This document shows positions 1-10,057 of a stretch of DNA of 64,000 nt, in pieces. The number at the start of each line of letters is the position of its first letter. Within the stretch, counting starts at the first letter, position 1. The DNA is from Nitrospirota bacterium. GTDB lineage: Bacteria > Nitrospirota > UBA9217. The position numbers and the translations under genes were made by a program. The DNA lies in the NCBI GenBank assembly GCA_963741205.1, contig CAVUHW010000014.1, forward strand, positions 34,670-98,669. The letters run 5' to 3'. Under the pieces are notes generated by a model. That model saw only the letters and a program-made list of their open reading frames with translations. It was not told where the DNA came from and ran no database searches.

Positions 1-1939
1 ATAGGGCCAGGCAAGCGCGAGGGACTGGACCGCGTCTTCCGGGAACATGTAGACCGGAAGGACCCATGGTCTCCGTAACGAAGATCGATCGAGACCGCGC
101 CTGACATCATAAAACAGGCGAGCACCGGCTTTCTTCCCCGGTAGCTGTCCATGACGCTCCTTATGCCGAAAGCAATCTCCTGAGGGTCCCGCAGCGGGAT
201 GTTGATCACGAGGATCGCGTCCAGGGCGGGGTCATCGAGCATGACCCTGAGCGCCTTTTCAAACTGGTCGCCCCTTGCAGAAGCGATAATATCGACGGGG
301 TTCCCGAGGGCCGCTTCCTTTGGCAGGAATGATGCGAGCTTCGTCTTCGTCTCCTCGGAGAGGGCCGGGACCGACAGTCCGCTGTTGATCGCCGCATCGG
401 CGGCAAGCACGCCCGGGTCCGCCCGCGTTCGTCAGGATGCCGATACGCGGCCCCTCCAGCAAGGGCTGGCTGGCCAGGAGCTTGGCGATATTGAACATCT
501 CCGCGATCGTATTCACCCTGATGACGCCCGCCTGCCTGAAGAGCGCGTCCACGGCCGCGTCCGAGGCCGCCAGTGCGCCGGTATGAGAGCTGGCGGCCCG
601 GCCGCCCACATCGCTCCGGCCAGCTTTCACTGCGACGATCGGTTTCTTTCTCGATATGCGCCTGGTTATCCTGCTGAAGCGGCGGGCATTGCCGAAGGTC
701 TCGAGATACAGCAGGATGACCGCGGTATTTTCGTCATCCTCCCAGAATTCGAGCAAATCGTTCGAGGAGACATCCATGCGGTTGCCGATGCTCGCGAAGT
801 GGGCGATACCCAGATTGTTGCTCTTTACATAATCAAGCAGCGCCAAGCCCAAGGCTCCGCTATGGGAGCTGATGCTGAGATTACCCCGCGGCGGCCAGAT
901 TTTCGCAAAGGTCGCGTTCAGGTTTACCGCCGGGTCCGTGTTCATGATACCCAGGCAGTTGGGGCCGACGCAGCGCATGCCGTAAGAGAGCACCTTTTCC
1001 CGAAGAAGACGCTGACGATCTTTCCCCTCGGGACCGCTCTCGGCAAAGCCCGCGGAAATGACCACGATGCTCCAGACCCCCTTTCGACCGCATTCATCGA
1101 CCACATCGAGAACACATCTGGGCGGGTACGACGATGACGGCAAGATCAACATCGCCAGGAATGTCGCTGACGGACGGGTAACTCATAACACCGTTGACTG
1201 GCAGTTGCCTTCGGGTTCACCGGGAAGGCCGCGCCCCCGAAATTGCCGTAGAGCAGATTGCGGAAAACCTTTCCGCCGACGCTGTCCGGGTCGCGGGAGG
1301 CGCCGATGACCGCGATGGTCCGCGGATACATCATCCTGCGCATGCCGATGCGAGCCGGCAATGTGCTCGCGGACCGCCTGCCGCTTCGAGAATTCCTCCT
1401 GGTGCTCGAGGTCGAAGGTGAACTCGGTGAATCCTTCATTCATCCGCTTGACGATGTTGAATCCGCTCTCCTCGAAGACGCGGATCATGAGGGTATTCTC
1501 GGGAAGGACATTGGCGAACAGTTTTTTGATCCGGTACTTGAGCGCGGTCTCGGCGAGCTTCTCGAGCAGGGCCGTGCCGATGCCCCTGGCCTGGACGTTG
1601 TCCTCAACAATAAAGGCTATCTCCGCCGTATTTCCATCCGGCGACAGGAACCAGCGAGCCCACGGCCCGGATCAGCTCCTCGGCTGCGCCCTCGCCGGTA
1701 AGCCCGACATACGCATGCGTTTCGGGCGGATGCACGTTGGTATAGTAATCAAGCTCCTGGTCGCTGATATATTCCTTCATATGCCCGAATCGGAAGTAGC
1801 GGGTCTGAGGGCTCAGGCGATAGAAAATTTTCCGCAGCTTATCTTTGTCCTCCCGGGTGATCGGCCGGACCTTGAAGGTATGGCCGTCTTTCAGAATGAT
1901 TCGAATCACTTCGGCTTTTCCGGTTACTGAAACTTTCAT
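1..1939 (-). CDS. GNAT acetyltransferase fused to NDP-forming acyl-CoA ligase-like domains (Pat-type), frameshifted, runs off window
   Basis: Pieces 1604..1939 (LKDGHTFKVRPITREDK...RYFRF, GNAT), 1146..1488 (PRTIAVIGASRD, CoA binding) and 259..1152 (VGPNCLG, SHSGALG, ASSHTGALA, TNAGGPG); ATG at 1939 preceded by an AGGTGA RBS. Confidence 0.85.
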
Positions 1940-2059
1940 GGTAATCACCTCGCATGGACGAATGCCCCGTAAGGAACGCGTCATTTTCCACCTGATTGGT
2001 TACAACAACACACTTATCACTCTCTGAAACAGAACTATGAGATTAACCAGGCGTCGAGT

Positions 2060-2135
2060 GACGACAGTCACCTCGGTGATGACGGCAACATCCGCCTCTG
2101 TCTCGTCTCTGATTACGATCTTTTTTTGTCGTCAT
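2060..2135 (-). pseudogene. N-terminal remnant of a YhbS-like GNAT acetyltransferase
   Basis: Manual translation KIVIRDETEADVAVITEVTV resembles the start of this family, then the similarity ends. Confidence 0.5.
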
Positions 2136-2139
2136 AAAG

Positions 2140-2873
2140 CTATCCTATTTCACGAGGGCCCGCTAACACCTCTTTTATGGCCTGAGCCAACTCATGTATA
2201 GCGGACTTACCATCACCAACGTAAGCTGAACATGCATTGTCGCAATAGTTCTTGGCTTTAGATCGGCAAGACGGCTTAGAATCTGTCAGTCTTGGTTGTA
2301 TATGGCAGGGAATAGGCTAACGGTCCTTTCAGATTCTCAATCAGCATATCTCGTGATCGGCTAACAATGTCGGTAGTCAACGCTTCCACGTCGCCGTGCT
2401 GATGGAAAAGATCAGAGCATAAAAGCGTGCCACTATTCTCTTCAAATAAATGGCCTGCATCCCAGGCGTGAGGCACATGTGGCGTCTGAAACTTGAAGCG
2501 GAGCTTTCCAGTTACAAATACTTCCCCGTCTTCTAGAGCCCTGGCAGGCCTTTCCGCTACGACGTCGTCTACATTTACCCTCTTTGCGACAATGCTGCAT
2601 ATCGCCGTTGCATTCGGTGCAATCCTTTGCCATTCTCTAAGTGCTCCACATTCATCTGCCTCAAAATGATTAAAACCAAGGCATCGTAAAGTAAAGGGAT
2701 CGATCAACTTGGCAACAGCTTCTTTGACTAAGGGGAAAAGCTGTCTCATCTCAAGATGGTAAAGAAGTGGCTCTTCATCCTTTATAAGAAACTGATTGAA
2801 TTGAATATTCGCCTCAGAAATGAAAGTAGTGATTTTAAAAAAAACCTTCTGAAATTTCAGTTATCTGGCCCAC
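2140..2873 (-). CDS. Metallo-beta-lactamase-fold (ODP/FprA-like) protein, frameshifted
   Basis: GTG start at 2873 ([10 protein letters not shown]...[15 protein letters not shown]); motifs [27 protein letters not shown]; C-terminus [13 protein letters not shown] in another frame. Confidence 0.75.
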
Positions 2874-2902
2874 CTATTTTTCACCCATGTCTTGATTAAT
2901 TG

Positions 2903-2947
2903 GCCTAATCCAGGCGGAAAAAGCGGCCAGCCCCGGCGGAGCCGGGT
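2903..2947 (-). repeat. Degenerate right half of an attC-like site
   Basis: Minus strand cccggctccgccgggg...ccgctttttccgcctggATTAGGC ends in a GTTAGGC-like core about 30 bp before the MBL gene start. Confidence 0.35.
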
Positions 2948-2959
2948 CCAGTCTTGATT

Positions 2960-3065
2960 TTAGCTGACGAGTTTTCTTTTCTTATCCGCTACCCCGTACA
3001 ACTCGTAGACGATCTCATCATTTTTTCATCGGTCACGTCGATTTCAGATCCAATCTTCTCGCGCT
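2960..3065 (-). pseudogene. C-terminal remnant of a type IIG restriction-modification enzyme
   Basis: Translation across one indel gives EKIGSEIDVTDEK(I)DEIVYELYGVADKKRKLVS*, the typical ID.LVYELYG tail. Confidence 0.5.
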
Positions 3066-3417
3066 CTGCACATTCGAGAAGATGCTCCACTTATATTAGC
3101 TTATCACGGAAAGTTGATTGTCGAAAGATAGGAACAACATTATTTCAGGATGATTTTTTTTAAGATCTATTTTAGGAATTTAATGCTCAGTGGTTTGCTA
3201 TGGCTATGAAACACAATTACAAGGTCGTAGATCGCGATCGAGAAAGATTTAACGAATCCTGGTTGATTTATTGGTTGTTGCAACGGATGAAAACTTCAAT
3301 AGTTCAGCTTGCTATATTGTAGAAGAGTAGAAAAAGTTTGGTTAGAAGGCTATACTCTTTCTTGATTTAAAACCGGCTGGCGAGTTGGTAAATAAATCAG
3401 AGAAAGGAGCATAGCCC

Positions 3418-4675
3418 TTGAAGATGATTAAAACAAAAAAGCAACGGATAGTCAATGGGAAAGCTCTTATCGTGACGGTAGATATTAGCAAAGACAAGCA
3501 TTTTGGATACTGGCGCTGCCCAGACGGCACTGACGTGAAGCCCTTCTCCTTTCCGAATAACGGGGCCGGCTTGCTTGGAGTTCTGGGAGCGAATATCCAC
3601 GGCAAAGGAGATTTATCGCCTTGATGAAATTGTTTTTGGGTTTGAGTCCACCGGGCCGTATGGAGAGGCTCTCGTGCATTTCATGAAAGCACGAGGCGTG
3701 CGCCTTGTGCAAGTGAACCCCATGCATACCAAAAGAGTCAAGGAGCTTCAGGGGAATTCTCCGAACAAAACCGATCAGAAAGACCCCAAGATCATCGCAG
3801 ATATCATAGAGCTTGGCCGTGCCCTCACGGTCGTGGTCCCGGAAGGGCCTGCTGCTGAGCTTCGAAGGCTTACTCAGGCCAGGGAAAGAAGCACGGAGCG
3901 TCATACGGCGTTGGTGAACCAACTGCAGAGCTTGATCGCGATCATCTTCCCCGAGTTTCTCCAGGTGGTGAAAAATGTTAAGACGGCAACTGCACAATAT
4001 CTTTTAAAACACTGCCCGACACCTCAGAGTCTTGTTGCATACGGTCTTGATAATCTGACCAAGACCATGTGGAATGTGAGTCGCGGGAGGTTAAGGGAAG
4101 ACCGAGCCAAGGCGCTCTACGAGGCGGCGGAAGGTTCTATAGGCGTAATTGAGGGCCAAGCGAGCATCCTTCTCGAAACCCAAGCGATTCTTGCTGCCAT
4201 GGAAGCCTCTGAAAAGTTTACGGAGGGGTTGGAAAAGGAAATGAGTCATCATCTCAAACAGATTCCCTACAGCACTTGTCTTCTTTCGATCAAAGGAATC
4301 GGGGAGGTTACCGCTGCCGGCCTCATTGGTGAAGTGGGCGACTTTCGGAGGTACAGCACGCTCGGGGAAATCATGAAACTTGCCGGTCTGGATCTCTTTG
4401 AAGTCAGCTCCGGAAAACACCAGGGAACTCGCCATATTTCCAAGCGTGGCCGCCCCTTGATGCGGAAGCTCTTATATTTTGCCGCGATGAACATGGTTCG
4501 TCAAGGTTGCGTTATGGAACATCAGTATCAGAGATACCTTGATCGGGGCATGCTAAAGACCAAGGCCTTGATCGCTATCGCACGTAAGCTTCTCCGGATT
4601 ATATTTGCTATCGTACGAAATAATGGTGTTTTTGATTACTCGAGGACATCATACCAATTCAAGGAGGCTGCATAA
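3418..4675 (+). CDS. IS110-family transposase/recombinase (one frameshift near 3575-3590)
   Basis: DEDD RuvC-like motifs VDISKDKH, FESTGPY, KTDQKD; C-terminal SIKGIGEVTAA, AGLD...SSGK, ISKRGRPLMRK, IAIARKL. Confidence 0.93.
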
Positions 4676-5043
4676 CACAAAGTCTTGGCGTGTAGGCGGG
4701 GAGATTATCACTCCATCCTCTAAGGCGGCCGAGCCGACCTTCAAGTTCAGAATCAATAACCCCCGCTTGCACCTTTGTCTCTATGAAGCAAGGTCAGGGC
4801 TCTTTTGAGACCCTCAAATTACCAGGGTTGGACAAGGTGCCGCACAAGATTACTGTTTAAGGGGGGGTATCAGGATATGGGCTGCCCTCAGAGAATCGAT
4901 CCTGGGGCATTTGTGAGAGAAAATTTTTGCCCTGCGAGGCTGAAAACCCAAGTCTGGCCACTCTAGCCCATACTGCCGTCTCAGGGGTTTGCTCCATTGC
5001 AAAGATTAAAATTCAATATGAAAAGCTAAATACTAAAAAATAT
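4676..5043 (+). ncRNA. Candidate bridge/seek RNA region in the IS110 right end
   Basis: About 370 nt without a credible ORF between the transposase stop and the inferred element end; IS110/IS1111 long non-coding ends are known to encode guide RNAs; RNA boundaries not determined. Confidence 0.45.
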
Positions 5044-5145
5044 TTGACAACAATAAACCAGGATGCTAATCGCGCTGAATGTTAAGAGTTGAACTATGCA
5101 AATAGTTGGAGTGAATGATGGTTCCCCAAAGATGACAAATAGAGG

Positions 5146-7179
5146 GTAGAGTAAAACCACTGGCGTAGTAGCTACAGGTTGATATTTGTTTTCGCTGTTT
5201 CTCTCCGTTTCCTCTGAGAGTGACACATTATCTCAACCATACCCTATCTCCAACGCCTTCTCGTCAAACCGTACGTGAGGTTTTCCCTCATACGGCTTTC
5301 CTGTCACTCTTCACAACAAGGGTTATGTGACCTATCGGTTTGGGGCAGCTTTCGGTTGGATAGTATCGTATATGGTAGTCATTGTATAGACCCCATCGCT
5401 GATATACATCCTCCCTTACTCCACCGCTTCCAGCCAAAGCCCTTCAGTTTCTGTCTCTTCATGACAAACTTACGCACTTTCTTCTCAACTGTCATCTCTG
5501 ACTTTGTTGAAGGTGCTATTGCTGTTGCCTATCCGGAAATAATTCACCCAGCCACGTGATCACTTCATTGACTGAGCGGATTACTTCGTTCATGGGCTTT
5601 GTTCAAGTTTGCCTTGAGCACTGCTTTTACCTTCTCGCCGATTTCTTGCGCTTCTTCTGCTTGTGGTGTTTTGCTGACATAGCGTTTTGCCATTGCGGTT
5701 CTTGTTAAGCCGGAAGTCGAACCCGAGGAAGCTGAAATATGTCGCCTTCCTTGAGATTCACGACTTTGGTCTTTTCCTGGTTCATTTGGACGTGCAGCTT
5801 GTCCAGTTCTTCTTTGAGCCGTTTCTGCACGCTGCGAGAAGCCAGTCTTCATCGGGATGTCAGTGAACAAGGATGACCATGTCGTCAGCGCTTCGAACGA
5901 AGTCGATGTTGTCGTAGCCCTTGCGCCGGGTTACCTCACGTGCTCGTTCCATCATCTCATCCACTCGTTGAGGTAGAAGGTTGGACAGCAGGGGTGATAT
6001 GATCCCGCCCTGCGGCACTCCCTTGTTCCCATTAGCTTTGAGAATGAGTTTTAAGCAGGTGCATGATTTTCGTCGTCTTGCACCCGTCTGGGCGACTTTC
6101 TCCGAGCAAGAATGTGATGTCTGATGTTGTCAAAATATCCGCTCAGGTCTACATCTACGACCCGTGTGAGTCCCGTGTAATACCGCTGACGCTCACGTGC
6201 TGTACTATTGCCTGATGGGCGTGCCGTTTGGGGCTGATACCCATAAGAGCAGCCCTTGAAGTCCGCTTCGAATATCGGTTCGAGTATGAGCTTCAATGCT
6301 CCTTGGACTATCCGGTCTTTGATCGTGGGTATGCCGAGCATTCGGGTCTTGCCATTACCTTTGGGTATCTCGACCCGTCTGATTAGGTATCGGTCTGATA
6401 TAGTTCGAGCGTGAGAGCTCCTGACTTATCTGTTCAGAAATCCGTCGAACACCTCTGCCTCGATGTCTTTAAAGCTCTTTCCATCGATGCCGGGTGCCCC
6501 ATCGTTGGCTTTTGCCAACGATAGGATTCTTCAGCACTTGCGCTCTTACAGATATGACAGTAGAGTCCCCAGAACTCCAGTGCTTCTAGCCTTCGACTTT
6601 GCATGTATATCTTTCTCCTCAGTTCTTGCAGACTCGATGGAAGCATTTGTCATGCTTCCCTGCCTTACCTTGATGAAAGATATGAGATACGAGCAGAGCT
6701 CCTTTGCTCCGGTGAGGTTGTGTTGTCCTTGCCATCATACGCTACGACGGACTCGTCCGCCACCCTCTTGTCCGTCGGCCCACTTCGTCGTGCGACTATA
6801 GGGCTTACCGCTGCTCCTTGCTGTTTCCGACAAGGACGAGGAGGGTTTCCCCAGTTGATACGCGCACCTTTCTATCCGTGTCGCCGCTGGCTACCCCGCC
6901 ACCGCTCCTCTTACTTTGTAGAGCCAGGGTCAGATAAGAGAATTCTGCCTTCGCCACGCATTGTAGAGGCTCGGCCAGTGGAGCTTGTCTCTTACGAGGC
7001 TACTTCTACGTTCACGTTAGTTACGACCCGGATAGTCGCTCACCCGGCCTTACAGGACTTTGTCGATGGGCTTCAGAAGAAAGCGTTTCCCATACCTCCT
7101 GCCATCCAAGCTACGTGGCTCTGGCTTTTACCATGACGGGACTTTCACCCGCAAGTGTCTGCACTCTCGCTGGGCACAC
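5146..7179 (-). mobile_element. Group II intron (IIB-like)
   Basis: 5' end GTGTGCCC at 7179; domain V gaaAGCcgtatgagggaaaacctcacgtacggttt at about 5266-5301; domain VI ending ttactctAC at 5146; EBS1-like caatg (6959-6963) before GGCGAAGGC pairs with 5' exon cattg. Confidence 0.9.
5332..6653 (-). pseudogene. ltrA: Intron-encoded reverse transcriptase/maturase, heavily frameshifted, no endonuclease domain seen
   Basis: Fragments SLQELRRKIY, FWGLYCHICK, LGIPTIKDRIVQGALKLILEPIFEADF, VVDVDLSGYFDNIRH, GVPQGG, FVRSADDMVILV. Confidence 0.85.
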
Positions 7180-7200
7180 CAATGGAAAGAATTTATATCG

Positions 7201-7260
7201 CTATAACGCCCTGCATCGCGGCAGTTGCAAAGCGTCGTCCGCTGCATGTCGTTGTTACAC
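7201..7260 (-). repeat. attC integron cassette recombination site
   Basis: Minus strand GTGTAAC-aacgac-ATGCAGCG-...-CGCGAT-gcagggc-GTTATAG, a 60-bp imperfect palindrome; the TAA of the upstream gene lies inside the inverse core. Confidence 0.75.
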
Positions 7261-8322
7261 CGCTCCTGATTCAAGCGATGACTTGTTGGGCACGAGGACG
7301 ATCTTGCCCGTCACGCCTCCCTTCCCGAGCAACTCCTGTGCGTGTCTTGCCTCGGCGAGAGGAAATCGCCGCGCGATTAGCGGCTTGATCTTTTTCTTTT
7401 GAAGGAGGTCAAACAGGGCGATCAAATCCTGTCGAAACAATGCCGGTTTCAGCCGTTTGAGCGTCTGGATGCTGTAGGGGACGACCCGTTTCCGACCCGG
7501 GAGAAGCCAGCCGCCGGCGATGTACAGCACGAAGATCGGGATTCCATGAAGGCGATTACGACGACCTGGACGACCTGAAGCCAATCGCCCCCCACGTAGC
7601 GAGGAAGTAAGGCCATAGGCCACTACCCTCCCGCCAGGACGCAGAGCCTTGCGGGAACGCCAGATATGCGTGCCGCCCATGCTGTCAAAGACGACGTCTA
7701 CGCCCTCGTCCGTGAGTCGGTAAATTTCTTTCACAAAGTCCTGATGCTGGTAATCAATCGGGATACCGCCCAGGGCGGAAACGGCCGGCGCCCCTCGCGA
7801 TGAACAGGTACCGTACATCTCCAGCCCGGCAAGGCGCCCCAGCTGCAAGAGTGCCGTGCCGACTCCGCCTGCCGCGCCGTGAATCAACACGCGCTGGCCC
7901 GGTCTGACCTTAGCGGAACGATGCAGCATCTGGTACGCCGTGATGTAGTTCAGCACGAGACTGACAGCCTCGGCGGCGTCCAGCCCGGATGGCACCGGGA
8001 CCAGTTCACGCTGTGGCAGGCAGACGAACTCCGCGTACGCGCCGCTGATCGGCAGCGCCGCAACTATCTGGCCTGGTTCGATTCCGGAGATACCGGCGCC
8101 GAGCCGATCCACCACGCCGACCAGATCCCACCCCGGTGTGAAAGGCACCCGGGGCGTTTCGGGATGAACGCCCTCGCGCGCCATTATGTCAGGCAAGGAG
8201 ACGCCTGCGGCCAGCACTCTCACCCGCACTTCACCATGCTTCGGCTCGGGGCACTCTTCTTCAACCACCTGAAGTGCGTCGGGCCCGCCGTAATGAGTGA
8301 CGACGATGCGCGTGTGTTTCAT
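7255..8322 (-). CDS. Medium-chain dehydrogenase/reductase (NADPH:quinone reductase-like)
   Basis: YGGPDALQV, PFTPGWDLVG, LIHGAAGGVGTA, GVDVVFDSMGG, GKIVLV; GGAGG RBS. Confidence 0.92.
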   Translation of the reverse strand: MKHTRIVVTHYGGPDALQVVEEECPEPKHGEVRVRVLAAGVSLPDIMAREGVHPETPRVPFTPGWDLVGVVDRLGAGISGIEPGQIVAALPISGAYAEFVCLPQRELVPVPSGLDAAEAVSLVLNYITAYQMLHRSAKVRPGQRVLIHGAAGGVGTALLQLGRLAGLEMYGTCSSRGAPAVSALGGIPIDYQHQDFVKEIYRLTDEGVDVVFDSMGGTHIWRSRKALRPGGRVVAYGLTSSLRGGRLASGRPGRRNRLHGIPIFVLYIAGGWLLPGRKRVVPYSIQTLKRLKPALFRQDLIALFDLLQKKKIKPLIARRFPLAEARHAQELLGKGGVTGKIVLVPNKSSLESGAV

Positions 8323-8450
8323 GGACCTCTTCCTCCCTGGGTTACGGTGATGATCACGATATGAAGTGTTGATCGTTTAAAAGAATGGCAACCCAATAGT
8401 TCAGGAAGACATTGTCGCTGAACATTTCGATCAAAATAAGTCAGACTGCC

Positions 8451-8528
8451 TTATCACGACTGGCATCAGCGACACCTGCAACTTCGCGGCTACACGATTG
8501 GTAGAGTGCGAAATATCAGTAGTTACTC
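8451..8528 (-). repeat. Degenerate attC-like hairpin
   Basis: Minus strand GAGTAAC (overlapping the lipoprotein gene stop)...cgctgatgccagtcGTGATAA; the right half resembles the 7201 site. Confidence 0.35.
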
Positions 8529-8888
8529 TTTGATCTTTTTAAAGAGTTGTTGTTTGCCCTTTGACCACTTAGTGGATTGATCTGCGCCAAGTTCATAAAA
8601 ACCGAATGCATTATATTCGCCGTCGAGAATCAAACAATATTTCCATGGACTCCAGGTGGAAATTGGTTCATGACGGCAGCAGACATAATCTTGGGTTTCT
8701 GTTTTGTACTTACACTCCCACTTGGAGCCTTCTTTGATTGCATAGGCGGGCTGACCCATACCATCAGGCGGTAGATAATTTCTGGTTGCTTCTAATATAA
8801 ACGGTTCTTCAATTTTCGTTAATACGGAGTTTGAAGCGCAGCCTAACAAGAGGCATGCACTGCATATGATGACAAGAAAGGACTTCAT
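8523..8888 (-). CDS. Hypothetical lipoprotein
   Basis: MKSFLVIICSACLLLGC: signal peptide with LLGC lipobox; no recognised domain. Confidence 0.65.
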   Translation of the reverse strand: MKSFLVIICSACLLLGCASNSVLTKIEEPFILEATRNYLPPDGMGQPAYAIKEGSKWECKYKTETQDYVCCRHEPISTWSPWKYCLILDGEYNAFGFYELGADQSTKWSKGKQQLFKKIKE

Positions 8889-9552
8889 TTCTACCCCCCG
8901 CACAAAGGATATTGGCATGGCGCATGCGATGATTATGTCAATTTTTTAGCGTATTATCATCCTGAAAAAACAACCTTACTTGGCTGAACACAACGTTCCC
9001 ACCGGTTCCCCTGTCTATCGTTTGATCACAAATCCGTCGGCGGCGTGCCCTGCTATCAGATCCTGCCAAGGGGCCCGGAAATACACGAAGATGATTTGTT
9101 GGTCAATGTGCACGCTGGGAGTTTATGATACCATAATCAGAAAAAATTGGATAACACTTATCCGTTGAGGGTATTCGATGAATGATTAGCAATAGCTAAA
9201 CTTCTCCATGGAGCTGATAGTTTAAACGAGATCGCTAGGCGAGAACTTCAGGATGCAGGGCGCGCAAAACATTTCTCAAAGAAGTTTGCGCCAATCGTTT
9301 GTGAATTCTTCTATTTCTAAAAAGCTAAAATGACAATCAGTCAGTGGCCGCGTAGGAACGATTTCAGACTTCATTGTTCAAGCGTTATCTATCACTTTTT
9401 CACAGACACTGTCAATCTTGTTGTAGTAGACATGGAATGTCTACGGCGAAAAGGAAGGGGCAGGACTGCTACCCTGAAGTGGTGGGTAGTGGCCCCTATT
9501 CTGTGCGCAGGAGATTGCGCATCCTATTATCCCCCTTATCCTATCGTTATAT

Positions 9553-9876
9553 TCAATGGATTTTCATGACACAATTTTTTGTGCCGAACTCATTATCCAC
9601 GCATTCCGTCGCAGGGGTGTATTGGTCCCATTCACCATCCACAAAATACTTGTACTCGTGCCTTCCGGGAGCAATGCTGGTCTTAATTCTCCAGACCCCA
9701 TGGTCATCTTTTATCATAGGCATAGCTTTCGTGTCCCAGTTGTTGAACGTGCCCGCGATAAAGACTTTCTGTGCCCTCGGAGCATAGAGCGTTAATTCCA
9801 CTTCGCGCTTTTCGCCTGCGCTGCTTTGCTCGTTTATGACTTCTTTTTTGTTCTTGACCGACTCTCCTGCTGCCAT
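9553..9876 (-). CDS. CBM48/AMPK-beta-like glycogen-binding domain protein
   Basis: APRAQKVFIAGTFNNW, GRHEYKYFVDGEW, NEFGTKNCV; GGAGG RBS before ATG 9876. Confidence 0.88.
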   Translation of the reverse strand: MAAGESVKNKKEVINEQSSAGEKREVELTLYAPRAQKVFIAGTFNNWDTKAMPMIKDDHGVWRIKTSIAPGRHEYKYFVDGEWDQYTPATECVDNEFGTKNCVMKIH

Positions 9877-10057
9877 TTTGGACCTCCCGGACAACCAAAT
9901 TTTGTATTGTTTTAAGTGTATTGGACAAATCAGTGGGTGTCAATACGACTAATGTATTGGGGGGGCAAGGTTTAGTTGATTCGATTTCTAATGCGATGTT
10001 CGTCATGTTCTTCTCCAGGGGCTTGTTTAGACCATATCGTTTTCGTTATTGAATAAC

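Larger units (their letters stand above)
3310..5068 (+). mobile_element. IS110/IS1111-family insertion sequence
   Basis: Contains a DEDD transposase; TGCTA at both 3310-3314 and 5064-5068; joining the ends gives TTGACA-N17-TATATT. Confidence 0.75.

Noticed and set aside
5332-6653. Retron, DGR or defence-associated reverse transcriptase
   Set aside because: The RT sits inside clear group II intron ends (GUGYG start, domains V and VI); no TR/VR pair or msr-msd seen
6603-7136. 177-aa plus-strand ORF
   Set aside because: It is antisense to intron RNA domains I-III and has no protein-like features
8920-9550. Possible ncRNA or small ORFs in a 600-bp gap
   Set aside because: No convincing RBS-ORF, riboswitch motif or strong structure recognised by eye
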